From Promethearchaeota archaeon (GTDB lineage: Archaea; Asgardarchaeota; Lokiarchaeia; Sigyniarchaeales; SOKP01), in contig JBHLMP010000009.1 in assembly GCA_048938025.1 (NCBI GenBank), positions 1 to 64,000 of the forward strand: a DNA stretch of 64,000 nt, read 5' to 3'. The translations under genes and the position numbers were made by a program. Position 1 is the stretch's first letter; every line of letters starts with the position of its first letter. Under the pieces are notes generated by a model. The model saw nothing but the letters and a program-made list of their open reading frames with translations, was not told the DNA's origin and made no database searches. Shown here in pieces: positions 37,337-47,448 of the stretch.

Positions 37337-37939
37337 TTAAAATGTAAAACCCTCTGGTAGTTCTGACTCGTGTGTACCTTTAACAACAAACATTAAATCC
37401 ATAATTGTATAGGTTGGATTCTTGGTTCGAAAGATTGGCACAACACTTTTTCCTATTTCTGGTTCTCCGACAACTAACACGCTCATAAGAATAGTGACTA
37501 CTTCTTCGTCAAATTCAACGTTTATGAATTTGATTGGTTTTGGCAAGACATTAAAAGCTCCAGAACGATGAGTAATAATAAATGAGTGGATTTTTGCAGT
37601 TTTCTGAGCTTTTTCAGTAATATCTATAACGGTATTTTTTCTTAGGCAATCTGGGCAATAAATTCTAAAAGGCAAGTGAATTGATCCTTTAAATTCACAT
37701 TGATCATTATCACATCTTGTCGCCATTAGTTTTCCCTTTCCAAGAGATTCGAAAAAAATAGCCTCACCACCATAAGAGTGGATATACGTCATATCTCTTG
37801 GATTTGTAACTCCAGCCAATTTTCCAGTATCTTCGTTAAAAATGGGTTGATTTGCCTCTATAATATGAAATTTTCCTTTTGGTTTGTATCTTCTATTAAT
37901 TATGGAAACAAAACCTTTTTCTTCTTCAGTTTTTGGCAT
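37337..37939 (-). CDS. DUF35-like (Zn-ribbon + OB-fold) protein
   Basis: Start MPKTEEEK at 37939; FFESL..GKLMATRC-x4-C...CPDC and EIG..V.P.F. Confidence 0.8.
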   Translation of the reverse strand: MPKTEEEKGFVSIINRRYKPKGKFHIIEANQPIFNEDTGKLAGVTNPRDMTYIHSYGGEAIFFESLGKGKLMATRCDNDQCEFKGSIHLPFRIYCPDCLRKNTVIDITEKAQKTAKIHSFIITHRSGAFNVLPKPIKFINVEFDEEVVTILMSVLVVGEPEIGKSVVPIFRTKNPTYTIMDLMFVVKGTHESELPEGFTF

Positions 37940-37944
37940 CTTTT

Positions 37945-39366
37945 TTATTCCTCCTTTATTAAGTGATTTGGATGCATTAAAATCGTACAAGTCACATGTG
38001 ATCCTACTCCAGCGTGACTTATTGCTAAACCTCTTTTTGCACCTTTTACTTGAAGACTTGTCCAATCCTTTGGTTTTTCACGACCAAATTCTTTCCATTT
38101 TTCTTCAGGCTCATGAATTTCATCCCATCGATTCCAGAGATGATATCCTATTTCAGCAATTTGCATAAGACCAGTTGCTCCTACAGCATGCATACAACCG
38201 ATTAATCCACCACATAAATTGCTAGGTAATTTACCTGGTTTTTTAGTATTTGGGTTTGTATGATATGCATCACCTGTTTCGATATAATCACGTCCATCTC
38301 CATACGAACGAATACCAATATCTTCATAAGTTTGAATATCACTAATTGTAAAGGCATCATGGAGTTCCACAACATCAAGATCGTCAGTTGGATCAATAAT
38401 CCCCGTCATATTATATGCATAATAAGCTGCTATACGTGCAGCTAAAAAACTGCTAAAACCGGGATATCTATCACCCCCGGGAAATCTTTTACCTAAATTA
38501 TCATATTGTCCTGGCTTTTCATTTGGTAAAAGGGGTATTTTCATATTACGACGATCAGCCACTCTTAAAGTGTGGCTTCCTGCACCAATCCAAATCCGAA
38601 GTGGATTATCTGTTATTTCATATGCTGTTTTTTCATCACAAACAATACCACATGCAGCTCCAACACTCATTAGACAACAATCTAACGCACGTAAGGGATA
38701 AGCAATAACAGGAGAATTAATTACATCCTCAACCGTGATTTTCATAGGCCCATGTGCGTGAGGATTCATTCTGGCATAACCACGATTTTTAACTGCAATT
38801 TCAGCCATAGTTTTTCTAAAAGAATCTTCTGCTTTACCAAAAATTTGCCAATATCTTTGAGCCATTACAGCATAATAACCAGTATAAATATGACCCAATG
38901 GTGTTTCCCAATCTTTATCAGCAGCACAAGATATAAGGTGGTTTCCCTCGTCAGTTGGGACTTCATCCATTCTCTCCCACCCCATAGCTAGAGCGCAATC
39001 ACTATATCCAGAAGCAACAGTTTTAATTGCTTCCCACATCGTTGAACCTCCTGTAGCTCCACCTGTTTTGACACCAATGGTTCCTAATGGATCTAAACCC
39101 AATCTATCGTGAATAACTGCTTCTCCTAGTAATTGATCTCCAAAATGATCTGCAAAATGCCCATAATAAGCAGTATGTATGAAACTCTTCAGTTCAGCAG
39201 GTGTCATTTTAACAAAATCTGCTGCAGCTGTTAATGCTTGGATGCATAATTCTTCAGTTCGCGTTTCTGGAAAAGCTCTGTCGAATTTTGACATACCAAC
39301 TGTAGCTAAATAAACTGGTCGCATTAATTTCGGTATTTTTAATTGTTTATCACTAAATTTAATCAT
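37945..39366 (-). CDS. SCP-x-type thiolase-fold protein lacking the nucleophilic Cys
   Basis: VKTGGATGG, ELHDAF and MHAVGATG motifs. Confidence 0.88.
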   Translation of the reverse strand: MIKFSDKQLKIPKLMRPVYLATVGMSKFDRAFPETRTEELCIQALTAAADFVKMTPAELKSFIHTAYYGHFADHFGDQLLGEAVIHDRLGLDPLGTIGVKTGGATGGSTMWEAIKTVASGYSDCALAMGWERMDEVPTDEGNHLISCAADKDWETPLGHIYTGYYAVMAQRYWQIFGKAEDSFRKTMAEIAVKNRGYARMNPHAHGPMKITVEDVINSPVIAYPLRALDCCLMSVGAACGIVCDEKTAYEITDNPLRIWIGAGSHTLRVADRRNMKIPLLPNEKPGQYDNLGKRFPGGDRYPGFSSFLAARIAAYYAYNMTGIIDPTDDLDVVELHDAFTISDIQTYEDIGIRSYGDGRDYIETGDAYHTNPNTKKPGKLPSNLCGGLIGCMHAVGATGLMQIAEIGYHLWNRWDEIHEPEEKWKEFGREKPKDWTSLQVKGAKRGLAISHAGVGSHVTCTILMHPNHLIKEE

Positions 39367-39535
39367 ATTGATTACACTTTTTAGAGCTTCACGCCTTTTT
39401 ATTTTTAGTATTTAGTTTTCAAATATATTTGATAATTTATTGTTATGTTTTATTTTGATTAATAACTTACTATTGAAACTAATAAATTTAGATGGGAAAT
39501 AAATCCTACTCAATTTAAAAAAAATTTAAAATCTT

Positions 39536-40843
39536 ATGAAGATTGTCTTATTTATTATGGATAAAAGAGTCCCAGAATTACCAAAACTTGAAATTAGCGG
39601 ATATATTGCTGAATTAGACTTATTAAATAACCCAATATTTACAGTTAAAGAGAAAGAATTTATATCTGAATTTTATGACTTTATGGAAGAAAATCTTGAA
39701 AGAGATCTGAAGACCTTAGAAGAACTAAATTATTTGGCAGAAGAACCGATACAAGAGAAGAAACGGGAAATTGTTGTTAATTTAATAAAAAAATTAGCAG
39801 AAAAAGGTTATTACAGTACGGTTATTGATTCAGAAGATTATGACCTTGGTAAAGTAACTCGAAATGCTCTTATAGCATTAGCCCTAAGCGGAGGTTTTTG
39901 GTCAACAAATAGTGATAGGTATATTAATGGTAATTGGAGTGTTGAGATGGGTAGATTAGCAGGAGGAACTCTTTACTGCAATCCAGTAAATTATAAAGCA
40001 AATGACTATCAGAGAAGAGAATTTTTAAATCCTGTTGTTAAATATGGCGCAATGGCAGCTTCAGCTATGACAGAATTTAATGCCGGTAGTGATATTATTA
40101 GAATTGAACTAAGACTAGATGAAAAAGATAATGAAGTAATTGCAAATGGCAAGAAACTCTTTATAGTAAACGGAATGTTAGCAGATTATATTATGTTATA
40201 TGGTAGATTAAATAATGGAAAATTAGGAGCAATTATTGTAGATACGGAAAATCAACAACTGAAAAATTTTGAATCATCACGGGTAATTATGTATGGTATG
40301 AGAGACGCCTTTGTCAGTCGCTTAGTATTTGATGATGTAAGACTCCCTAAAGAAAATCTTCTTGAAGGGGATGGTTTAGATATTATGTTTCATCAATTAA
40401 CTGAAGAACGACTGGTAATTAGTTCAGAAGCTTTGGGAGATAGCATAAAAAAATTATTCTATTCTCATAGTTTTGCACTTCAACGTGAACAATTTCAACG
40501 AAAACTATATCAATATCAAATAATTCGATTTCCAATTACTAAGAATATGCGTGAAGTGAATCTATATCTTTCAGCATTGTTGAATTATACTCGAGAAATT
40601 GATAACAAACCACAATTAGGAAGTTCAAAAATAATGGCTTCTCAGGCAATGGGTTTGAAAATTGAAACTTGTGAATTGGCTTTTCAAAGCTCAATTGATT
40701 TATTTAGAACTATGGGTGGTCGTGGATTTACAGAACAATACTGTAATCAAATTGGGCTTCTTGATGCTTATTGTATGATACATGGCGGAGGTAGTCATTA
40801 TATTTTAGGAGATTCAGAATCTCGAAAGTTTTTTAAGCGGTAA
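39536..40843 (+). CDS. Acyl-CoA dehydrogenase family protein (divergent)
   Basis: AMTEFNAGSD, NGKKLFIVNG, FDDVRLP, REQF and MGGRGF motifs. Confidence 0.85.
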   Translation: MKIVLFIMDKRVPELPKLEISGYIAELDLLNNPIFTVKEKEFISEFYDFMEENLERDLKTLEELNYLAEEPIQEKKREIVVNLIKKLAEKGYYSTVIDSEDYDLGKVTRNALIALALSGGFWSTNSDRYINGNWSVEMGRLAGGTLYCNPVNYKANDYQRREFLNPVVKYGAMAASAMTEFNAGSDIIRIELRLDEKDNEVIANGKKLFIVNGMLADYIMLYGRLNNGKLGAIIVDTENQQLKNFESSRVIMYGMRDAFVSRLVFDDVRLPKENLLEGDGLDIMFHQLTEERLVISSEALGDSIKKLFYSHSFALQREQFQRKLYQYQIIRFPITKNMREVNLYLSALLNYTREIDNKPQLGSSKIMASQAMGLKIETCELAFQSSIDLFRTMGGRGFTEQYCNQIGLLDAYCMIHGGGSHYILGDSESRKFFKR

Positions 40844-40947
40844 CAATCTAAAAAGAATTTAACTTTTGATTATTAAATTTATTCAATTATATAATAAACT
40901 TTCAGAGAATGCATTATTAAATAAAGTGTCTTATTTTAGAATAGGTA

Positions 40948-41919
40948 ATGGATAACTATAATTTCGCAAGTTTCAATATTTCTCCATTATTAGAACAATA
41001 TGTAGGTAAAAACTTAAAGGAAATTTTTGACAATTCTCAAGTTATAACAAATGAGATGGGTAAATTCATAGAAATAATTTGGGAAGAAAAAGATTTCCCC
41101 TGTGATTTAGGTTTATTAACAGCTAAGAAAAAAGTTATCCAAAATCTTAAAACTGTGCATAATATTGGAGATAAAATTGAGAAGAAATTAAAACGAAGGG
41201 GAGTTCAAACTCTTAATGACCTAAAAATTAATTTAAGATATCAAAATTCAGCAAACCAGATCTTGAAATTAATTAGAAATAAGGATTATAAAAATCTTAA
41301 AAAAAATCGATATATAGACGATTTAGACTTGAGTTTTTGCTTTAAAATTGAAGATTTTCTCTTTTTAGATATTGAAACTTTAGGTTTATATGATAGTCCA
41401 ATGGTTATAGTTGGTTTGGGATATTATAATAATAGTAAATTTGAAATTCATATTCTTTTTGCACGGGATTTGGAGGAAGAAATTGCTATATGTAACCATC
41501 TAAGAAATGAGATCTTATCGAATTTTAAATGTTTTGTTACTTATAATGGGAAGACTTTTGATATTCCCTATATCGCAAATCGCTTTTTATATTATTTTGA
41601 TGAAAATCCCATGATTTCGGAAAATGAAGAACCATATGAGATTAATAATACTAAATATCATCATATAGATTTATATCACAATTGTCGTCGGAGGTTAAAA
41701 GGTAAATTCAATAACTATACTCTTACAAACATGGAAAAGAATTTATTAAATTGGAGAAGGGAAAATGAATTACCTAGCAGTCTAGTAGGGATATGCTATA
41801 AAAAATATCAGAAAGATCCAAGTCGATATATAGGGTTAATAAAAGAAATAATTGAACACAATTACTACGATATCTACTCAATGCCACTAATTCTCAAAAA
41901 ACTATTATACAAAGAATGA
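40948..41919 (+). CDS. YprB-like RNase H-fold (DEDD) exonuclease
   Basis: FLDIETLGL, VTYNGKTFDIPY, HIDL and EHNYYD motifs; HhH-like NIGDKIE. Confidence 0.85.
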   Translation: MDNYNFASFNISPLLEQYVGKNLKEIFDNSQVITNEMGKFIEIIWEEKDFPCDLGLLTAKKKVIQNLKTVHNIGDKIEKKLKRRGVQTLNDLKINLRYQNSANQILKLIRNKDYKNLKKNRYIDDLDLSFCFKIEDFLFLDIETLGLYDSPMVIVGLGYYNNSKFEIHILFARDLEEEIAICNHLRNEILSNFKCFVTYNGKTFDIPYIANRFLYYFDENPMISENEEPYEINNTKYHHIDLYHNCRRRLKGKFNNYTLTNMEKNLLNWRRENELPSSLVGICYKKYQKDPSRYIGLIKEIIEHNYYDIYSMPLILKKLLYKE

Positions 41920-42008
41920 ATATTAATTAAGATAAGCTCTTAAGATCAAACTATTAAGTATATTATTAATTAATTAATTTTAAATTAATTTCACTAATTT
42001 TTGAAAAA

Positions 42009-43691
42009 ATGACTAAATTAGAAGATAAAATATTTGATCTTAGATGGAGTTATAAGAATAGAGATAATATAATAAAGAGATTAAAAGAAAAAAAATACGA
42101 TGTTATTGTCATAGGAGCAGGCATTACAGGGGCAGGGGTTGCAAGGGAAGCTGCAATGAGAGAATTAAAAGTTGCGTGCGTAGATATGCAGGATTTTGCT
42201 GCTGGAACCTCATCAAGGAGTTCAAAATTAGCACATGGTGGAATAAGATATCTGGGTCATGGAGACATGGATTTAGTAAAAGAATCCGCAACCGAGAGAA
42301 ATTGGATGTTAGCACATTTACCACATTTAGTAAGACCAATTCCTTTCCTTTTTGTTGAATTAGAAGGAGGGAAATATAAAAAACGGGACATTGTAGGTGC
42401 TTGTAGAATTTATGATTTTTTAAGTGATAATGGATCAGAATTTAAAACATACAAAAAACATAAATGGTACAAACCAGAAGAGATCTTTGAAATGGAACCT
42501 GAATTTATAAGAGAAGGTAATAAAGGTGGAGCAGTATATTATGATAATAATGTAGATGACGCTAGATTAACAATCGAGGTCCTTAAGGAAGCTGTTGTGA
42601 GGGGAGCGGATATAATTAACTATTGCAAAGTTACCGGATACATGAAAGATAATGGAAAAATATCTGGTGTTAAATGTAAAGATCTGGAAAATAATGATGA
42701 ATTTGAAATAAAAGGAACATTAATAGTGAACGCAACCGGAGTATGGACAGATGAATTGTTAGAAAATTACCCCGATGAAATCCCAAAACCATTAATTAGA
42801 CCAACTAAAGGAGTTCATTTACAATTTAAGCGTGAACATGTTAAAAATAATATGGCTACTATTATCCGATCAATTACTGATGATAGGGCATTTTTTGTAT
42901 TACCACGTAATAAGAATTTTACTATTATAGGTACTACCGATACAGATTATAAAGGCAATTTAGCAGATCCTTTTTGTAATAAAGATGATGCTGATTATTT
43001 AATCATTTCAGTTAAGCATTATTTTCCAAATGCAGAATTAGATTATAATAATATCATTTCTACGTATGCTGGAATAAGACCTTTAGTTATGCAAAAAGGA
43101 AAATCTGAAAGTGAAGTTTCCCGAAAGCATATAATATTTTTCTCTGATGACGGATTATTGACTATAACTGGAGGAAAGTTAACAGCATGGCGAAGTATGG
43201 CTGAAGATTTATTTAAGAGAGTTGAAGAAAAAGATATTTTTCCTAATATAAAAAGAGAAGAGGGTTTTTCTAAACAAAAGTTTTTAGTTAGTATTGATAA
43301 AGAAAGTTGGCTTAAAGATTTAAAAAATTCAGGTAAAAAATTAGATGATGGCATTAGTGACCATTTGTATCACCAATATGGTAGAGGAGCCTTAAAAATT
43401 CTTGAATTGATAAAAGAAGAGAAATCTCTTTATGATAGAATTATAGATGAAAATGATTTTATTAAAGCAGAGATTATCTACTGCCTTAGATTTGAATTAA
43501 CTCCACATTTAATTGATGTTTTTTGCAGAAGAACTGAAATGTCTCTCTGGATTAGTCATAAAAAAGCTTTTGAAGCTGCTAAAAAAGTTGCTGACCTTAT
43601 GGCAAAAGAATATAATTGGAATGAAGAAAAAATAACTCAAGAAATCAATACTTACGTGGATTATGTTAGAAAAACAGTTTCTTTTATCTAA
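42009..43691 (+). CDS. glpD: FAD-dependent glycerol-3-phosphate dehydrogenase/oxidase
   Basis: IGAGITG, GTSSRSSKLAHGGIRYL, DDARL, KGVHL, AGIRPL and GGKLT motifs. Confidence 0.9.
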   Translation: MTKLEDKIFDLRWSYKNRDNIIKRLKEKKYDVIVIGAGITGAGVAREAAMRELKVACVDMQDFAAGTSSRSSKLAHGGIRYLGHGDMDLVKESATERNWMLAHLPHLVRPIPFLFVELEGGKYKKRDIVGACRIYDFLSDNGSEFKTYKKHKWYKPEEIFEMEPEFIREGNKGGAVYYDNNVDDARLTIEVLKEAVVRGADIINYCKVTGYMKDNGKISGVKCKDLENNDEFEIKGTLIVNATGVWTDELLENYPDEIPKPLIRPTKGVHLQFKREHVKNNMATIIRSITDDRAFFVLPRNKNFTIIGTTDTDYKGNLADPFCNKDDADYLIISVKHYFPNAELDYNNIISTYAGIRPLVMQKGKSESEVSRKHIIFFSDDGLLTITGGKLTAWRSMAEDLFKRVEEKDIFPNIKREEGFSKQKFLVSIDKESWLKDLKNSGKKLDDGISDHLYHQYGRGALKILELIKEEKSLYDRIIDENDFIKAEIIYCLRFELTPHLIDVFCRRTEMSLWISHKKAFEAAKKVADLMAKEYNWNEEKITQEINTYVDYVRKTVSFI

Positions 43692-43803
43692 TAATTTACT
43701 TTCTTTTTTATTTTGAAATATTGGACTATATATTTTTAATAAATTATTGTTTATATATTCATTATAATAATTTATCCAAAATTAAATTAAAGTGTGAAAT
43801 AAA

Positions 43804-44475
43804 TTGATTTTTAATTGGGATTTTACGGATGATTTTTTGAAACCCCTTGCAGAGTTTGGGGGTTTATTTATGCTAATTCTGGGGATAATTTGGGCAATTT
43901 ACGTTGCATATGAAACCAAAAGAAGAGGATCATTTAAGACAAGAAAGTCAGAGGACTGGGAATTTAAAATAACTAAGTTCCTCAAAGGATTAACCTATTT
44001 GGGCTTTCTTGTTGGCTTATTTGCCATTTTAACAGGAGCTGCAGAATTGATGTTTGATAGACCACCAACTAATAGATACGAAGATGTAACCGAAAATGCA
44101 GTTAATATTTTTACAGCATTAATGTTAATCATTTTAGGAATTTTGACATTTGTGAAACCTGGAAATGATCTTCCGCTTGCTAGTTTATTTGGTCTTGTTG
44201 CTGCTTCAGCTGTTATAATAATTATTACACTTGTACTTCCACCTGAAGTTGAACAAGTTATTGGCGCTTTTATAAACTTTCGATTGTTTCTATTCATTGT
44301 TTTCATAATTATATTTGCATTAATCGCTCTTATCATAAAATTTTATACATCCGGATTTATGGCTGTTTCAAAAGCACTCTCATGGCCTCCTCTCGCTGTA
44401 ATTGTTGCTGCTTTCTGCTTTTTACAAGCATTTCTATTGTTAGTTTTCGGAGTTTCAATTTCAGGAGTATTTTAA
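43804..44475 (+). CDS. Hypothetical integral membrane protein (~6 TM)
   Basis: Multiple hydrophobic segments; poly-T tract after the stop. Confidence 0.75.
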   Translation: MIFNWDFTDDFLKPLAEFGGLFMLILGIIWAIYVAYETKRRGSFKTRKSEDWEFKITKFLKGLTYLGFLVGLFAILTGAAELMFDRPPTNRYEDVTENAVNIFTALMLIILGILTFVKPGNDLPLASLFGLVAASAVIIIITLVLPPEVEQVIGAFINFRLFLFIVFIIIFALIALIIKFYTSGFMAVSKALSWPPLAVIVAAFCFLQAFLLLVFGVSISGVF

Positions 44476-44550
44476 TTCTAATTTAATTTTTTTATTTTTA
44501 TTTTTAAAGTAATTAAGTAACTCTACAATTTTCACTAACAGCATATAGTT

Positions 44551-45672
44551 TCAAAAAAAGGAAAACCTATGAGATGGTTTTTTATTTATTTCTCCAATTA
44601 TATCATTAAGTAAGTTATATCCACAATTTGGGCATGTATTATTATCATTAACATTGATTTTTGTAAACATATATCCAGAACGACCTAACAACAAATGTTC
44701 ACAATTAGGACAATAAGTATTACTCCCTTCATCATGTCTTATATTTCCAACGTAAGGAAAGAATACTCCCATATCTTTTGCAATATTATAAGCTTTATCT
44801 AATGTTTCATATGGAGTTCTTTTATTGGAAGGCATTTTAAAATCTGGATGATAAGCTGAAAAATGTATAGGTGTATTTTTACCTAAATTCTCAACTATCC
44901 ATTCGCATAATTTTTTAATATCTTCTCTACTATCATTTAATTCGGGTATTATTAAGTTAGTAATTTCTACATGAATACCATTTTCTTTGAATCGTTTAGC
45001 AGTATCCAAAACAGGTTGCACTGATGTTACTCCACATATTTTCTTATAAAAATCGTTTGACATAGCTTTTATATCAATATTTGCTGCATCAATTCCTACT
45101 TCAATTAATTCTTTTGAGGCTTCTGGAGTTGAATATCCATTAGTTACCAATATTGTTTTTATATCATGTTTTTTAAGTAATGGAACAGTATCCATAATCC
45201 ATTCATGCCATATTAGTGGTTCATTATAAGTGTAAGCTAGAGTTTTTGCTCCACTTTTTACAACTCGTTTTTCAAGTTGTTCAGGTGTCACTTCAATTAA
45301 AGACATTCCTTGCCCTTTATAATCTTCTAAATCGAAGAATCCATTTTTTCCATTATCTGTTGGGCTTGCTTGTGAAATAGACCAGTTCTGGCAATTCTGA
45401 CATTTAAATGAACATCCTATTGATGCAATCGAGTATGCTGTTGCGCCGGGCCAGAAATTGTAAAGTGGTTTTTTTTCAATAGGATCTAAACTTCCAGAAG
45501 AGATCATTGAACCATAAATTAAAGTATATAATTCTCCATCAAAATTTTTTCGAGTCCTACAAATCCCAATCTTCTCTGGCATTATTAAGCATTTATTTGC
45601 ACATACATGACATTTAACTTTCTTATCATCAAGAGATTCATATAATCTTGCTTTTACTTTCAAATAACTCAC
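44551..45672 (-). CDS. amrS: AmmeMemoRadiSam system radical SAM enzyme
   Basis: CHVC..C...C, DPIEKKPL, GCSFKCQNCQNW, AYTYNEP and TYCPNC motifs. Confidence 0.9.
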   Translation of the reverse strand: MSYLKVKARLYESLDDKKVKCHVCANKCLIMPEKIGICRTRKNFDGELYTLIYGSMISSGSLDPIEKKPLYNFWPGATAYSIASIGCSFKCQNCQNWSISQASPTDNGKNGFFDLEDYKGQGMSLIEVTPEQLEKRVVKSGAKTLAYTYNEPLIWHEWIMDTVPLLKKHDIKTILVTNGYSTPEASKELIEVGIDAANIDIKAMSNDFYKKICGVTSVQPVLDTAKRFKENGIHVEITNLIIPELNDSREDIKKLCEWIVENLGKNTPIHFSAYHPDFKMPSNKRTPYETLDKAYNIAKDMGVFFPYVGNIRHDEGSNTYCPNCEHLLLGRSGYMFTKINVNDNNTCPNCGYNLLNDIIGEINKKPSHRFSFF

Positions 45673-45785
45673 TTTTTTTCGTTAATTATTAGCATAATGT
45701 ATCTCTAAATATATAATAGATAAGAAATTTTATATTTCTTATAGATTTAGATTAGATTTTTCGGACTAAAAAGTAGGTAGTCAAA

Positions 45786-46220
45786 ATGTCAAGAATAGAA
45801 AAAGCAGTTTCTCTCTTTAAGGATAAATTTAACTGTGCCCAATCAATATTGAGTAGTTATGGTATTCAATATGGACTAGATCAGGATACAGCTCTAAAAT
45901 TAGCTACGGGTTTTGGAGGTGGGATAGCTCGATTCGGCAGGACTTGTGGAGCAGTGTCAGGAGCGTGTATGGTTATTGGTTTAAAATATGGTATGGGGAT
46001 AAATGAGGAGATAGAACTGAAAGAAAATACATATCAGCTTATAAGAAAATTTTCCGATCGATTTCAAGAAATTAATGGTTCTGTGATTTGCAAGGAATTA
46101 CTTGGCTGCGATATTAACACCCATGAGGGTAAAGACTATTACATTCAAAATGAATTCTTTGAAAAAAAATGCCTTCACTATGTGAAGAACGCTGCAGAAG
46201 TTTTAGAAGAAATATTATGA
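45786..46220 (+). CDS. C_GCAxxG_C_C family putative redox protein
   Basis: NCAQS, GFGGG, TCGAVSG, ICKEL and KC motifs. Confidence 0.9.
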   Translation: MSRIEKAVSLFKDKFNCAQSILSSYGIQYGLDQDTALKLATGFGGGIARFGRTCGAVSGACMVIGLKYGMGINEEIELKENTYQLIRKFSDRFQEINGSVICKELLGCDINTHEGKDYYIQNEFFEKKCLHYVKNAAEVLEEIL

Positions 46221-46254
46221 TAGAATTAAAGAAAGAAATTACAATTTATAAAGA

Positions 46255-47193
46255 ATGTCAATGACTGAAAATGAAAGAGAGCTTAAAAAAGAGGATTTAC
46301 AACATTTATTGAAGGAAAAGCTGCAAAATCTGAAAGAATTAGAACAAATTGCCAAAGATTCGAATTATATTAAGGAGTTAAGCGATATTGCTCTTATACA
46401 ATTAGAATTAGGGATGTATAATGACTCTGAAAACAATTATTTAACTTGCCTAAAGCATTTTAAGAAACAGAAAGATAGATTTGGACAAGCTGCTACTTAT
46501 GGAGTATTAGCTACTTTATCTTTTAAAATAAACGATTATCTAAAATCAATAGAATTTTATGAAAAAGCTTATGAAATTTATAAGGAATTAAAACAAGTCC
46601 AAGAGCAGATTGCTTGTTTGAAAGGAATTGGAAATAATTTAATTAAGTTAAATAAATTGGAGGAAGCATGCGACATATTTTTAGATTGTAGCGCAATATG
46701 CTCCGATCATAATGATATTTACAATTTGTTAGATTGTTTAGGAAATTTAATTTTTATTCATGAAAAAAGTGAAGAATGGGATATCGTTTTCGAGCTATAT
46801 AAAAAAACATTAAAGGCTTTTAAGGAACTTAAAGATAATCGTGGAATAATAACTTCATATTTTAATTTAGGAATTATTAGAAAAAAAGATAATAAACTAG
46901 AGGCACTAAGGTATTTCAAAAAAGGAACAAATGTTGCTATTGATAGCAATTATACTGAATTAATCATTAGAGGTTTAGGTTACGTAGGTGAAACATTATT
47001 CTATCTTGGAAAGATGAAAGAAGCTAAAAACCAATATGTAAGAGCTTTACATTTAGCTGAGAAAATAAAGGCAAATAACGCTATTATTCAATTACGGATT
47101 CTGTTGCAATCAATTGGATTACAAGATAAAGACATCTTTGATGATTTAAAGAAATATAAAGAAAGTTGGAAAAAGAAGAATAATTTATCTTAG
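46255..47193 (+). CDS. Tetratricopeptide repeat protein
   Basis: Repeated ~40-aa helical units (LGxI...Y.KA..I...L.D). Confidence 0.85.
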   Translation: MSMTENERELKKEDLQHLLKEKLQNLKELEQIAKDSNYIKELSDIALIQLELGMYNDSENNYLTCLKHFKKQKDRFGQAATYGVLATLSFKINDYLKSIEFYEKAYEIYKELKQVQEQIACLKGIGNNLIKLNKLEEACDIFLDCSAICSDHNDIYNLLDCLGNLIFIHEKSEEWDIVFELYKKTLKAFKELKDNRGIITSYFNLGIIRKKDNKLEALRYFKKGTNVAIDSNYTELIIRGLGYVGETLFYLGKMKEAKNQYVRALHLAEKIKANNAIIQLRILLQSIGLQDKDIFDDLKKYKESWKKKNNLS

Positions 47194-47214
47194 ATGCTAT
47201 TCAATTAAAATAAT

Positions 47215-47370
47215 CTATCCATGATGTTTTAACTTCTTATAATCATCTCTTGTAGCTTTCCTAAGTGAATTCTTATCATATTTTTCAAAGAATTCAGTTA
47301 AAGCATGAGTAAATTCTCCACAAGAGTCACAAACAAACTGATATGTTTTTTTAAATAATTTACTATCCAT
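47215..47370 (-). CDS. Small Zn-ribbon-like protein (51 aa, below the ORF-track cutoff), second CxxC degenerate
   Basis: MDSKLFKKTYQFVCDSCGEFTHALTEFFEKYDKNSLRKATRDDYKKLKHHG*; fills the gap between TPR and HAD genes. Confidence 0.55.
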   Translation of the reverse strand: MDSKLFKKTYQFVCDSCGEFTHALTEFFEKYDKNSLRKATRDDYKKLKHHG

Positions 47371-47448
47371 AATTTACCATTTTTTATTTATATTGTTTCT
47401 ATCTGTAAAAAAATGATCCTTTACATTATTAGTTAAATTACAAATGTT

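Noticed and set aside
37940-38065. N-terminal extension of the 242-aa ORF
   Set aside because: It overlaps the thiolase 3' end; ATG 37939 follows a GGAGG ribosome-binding site.
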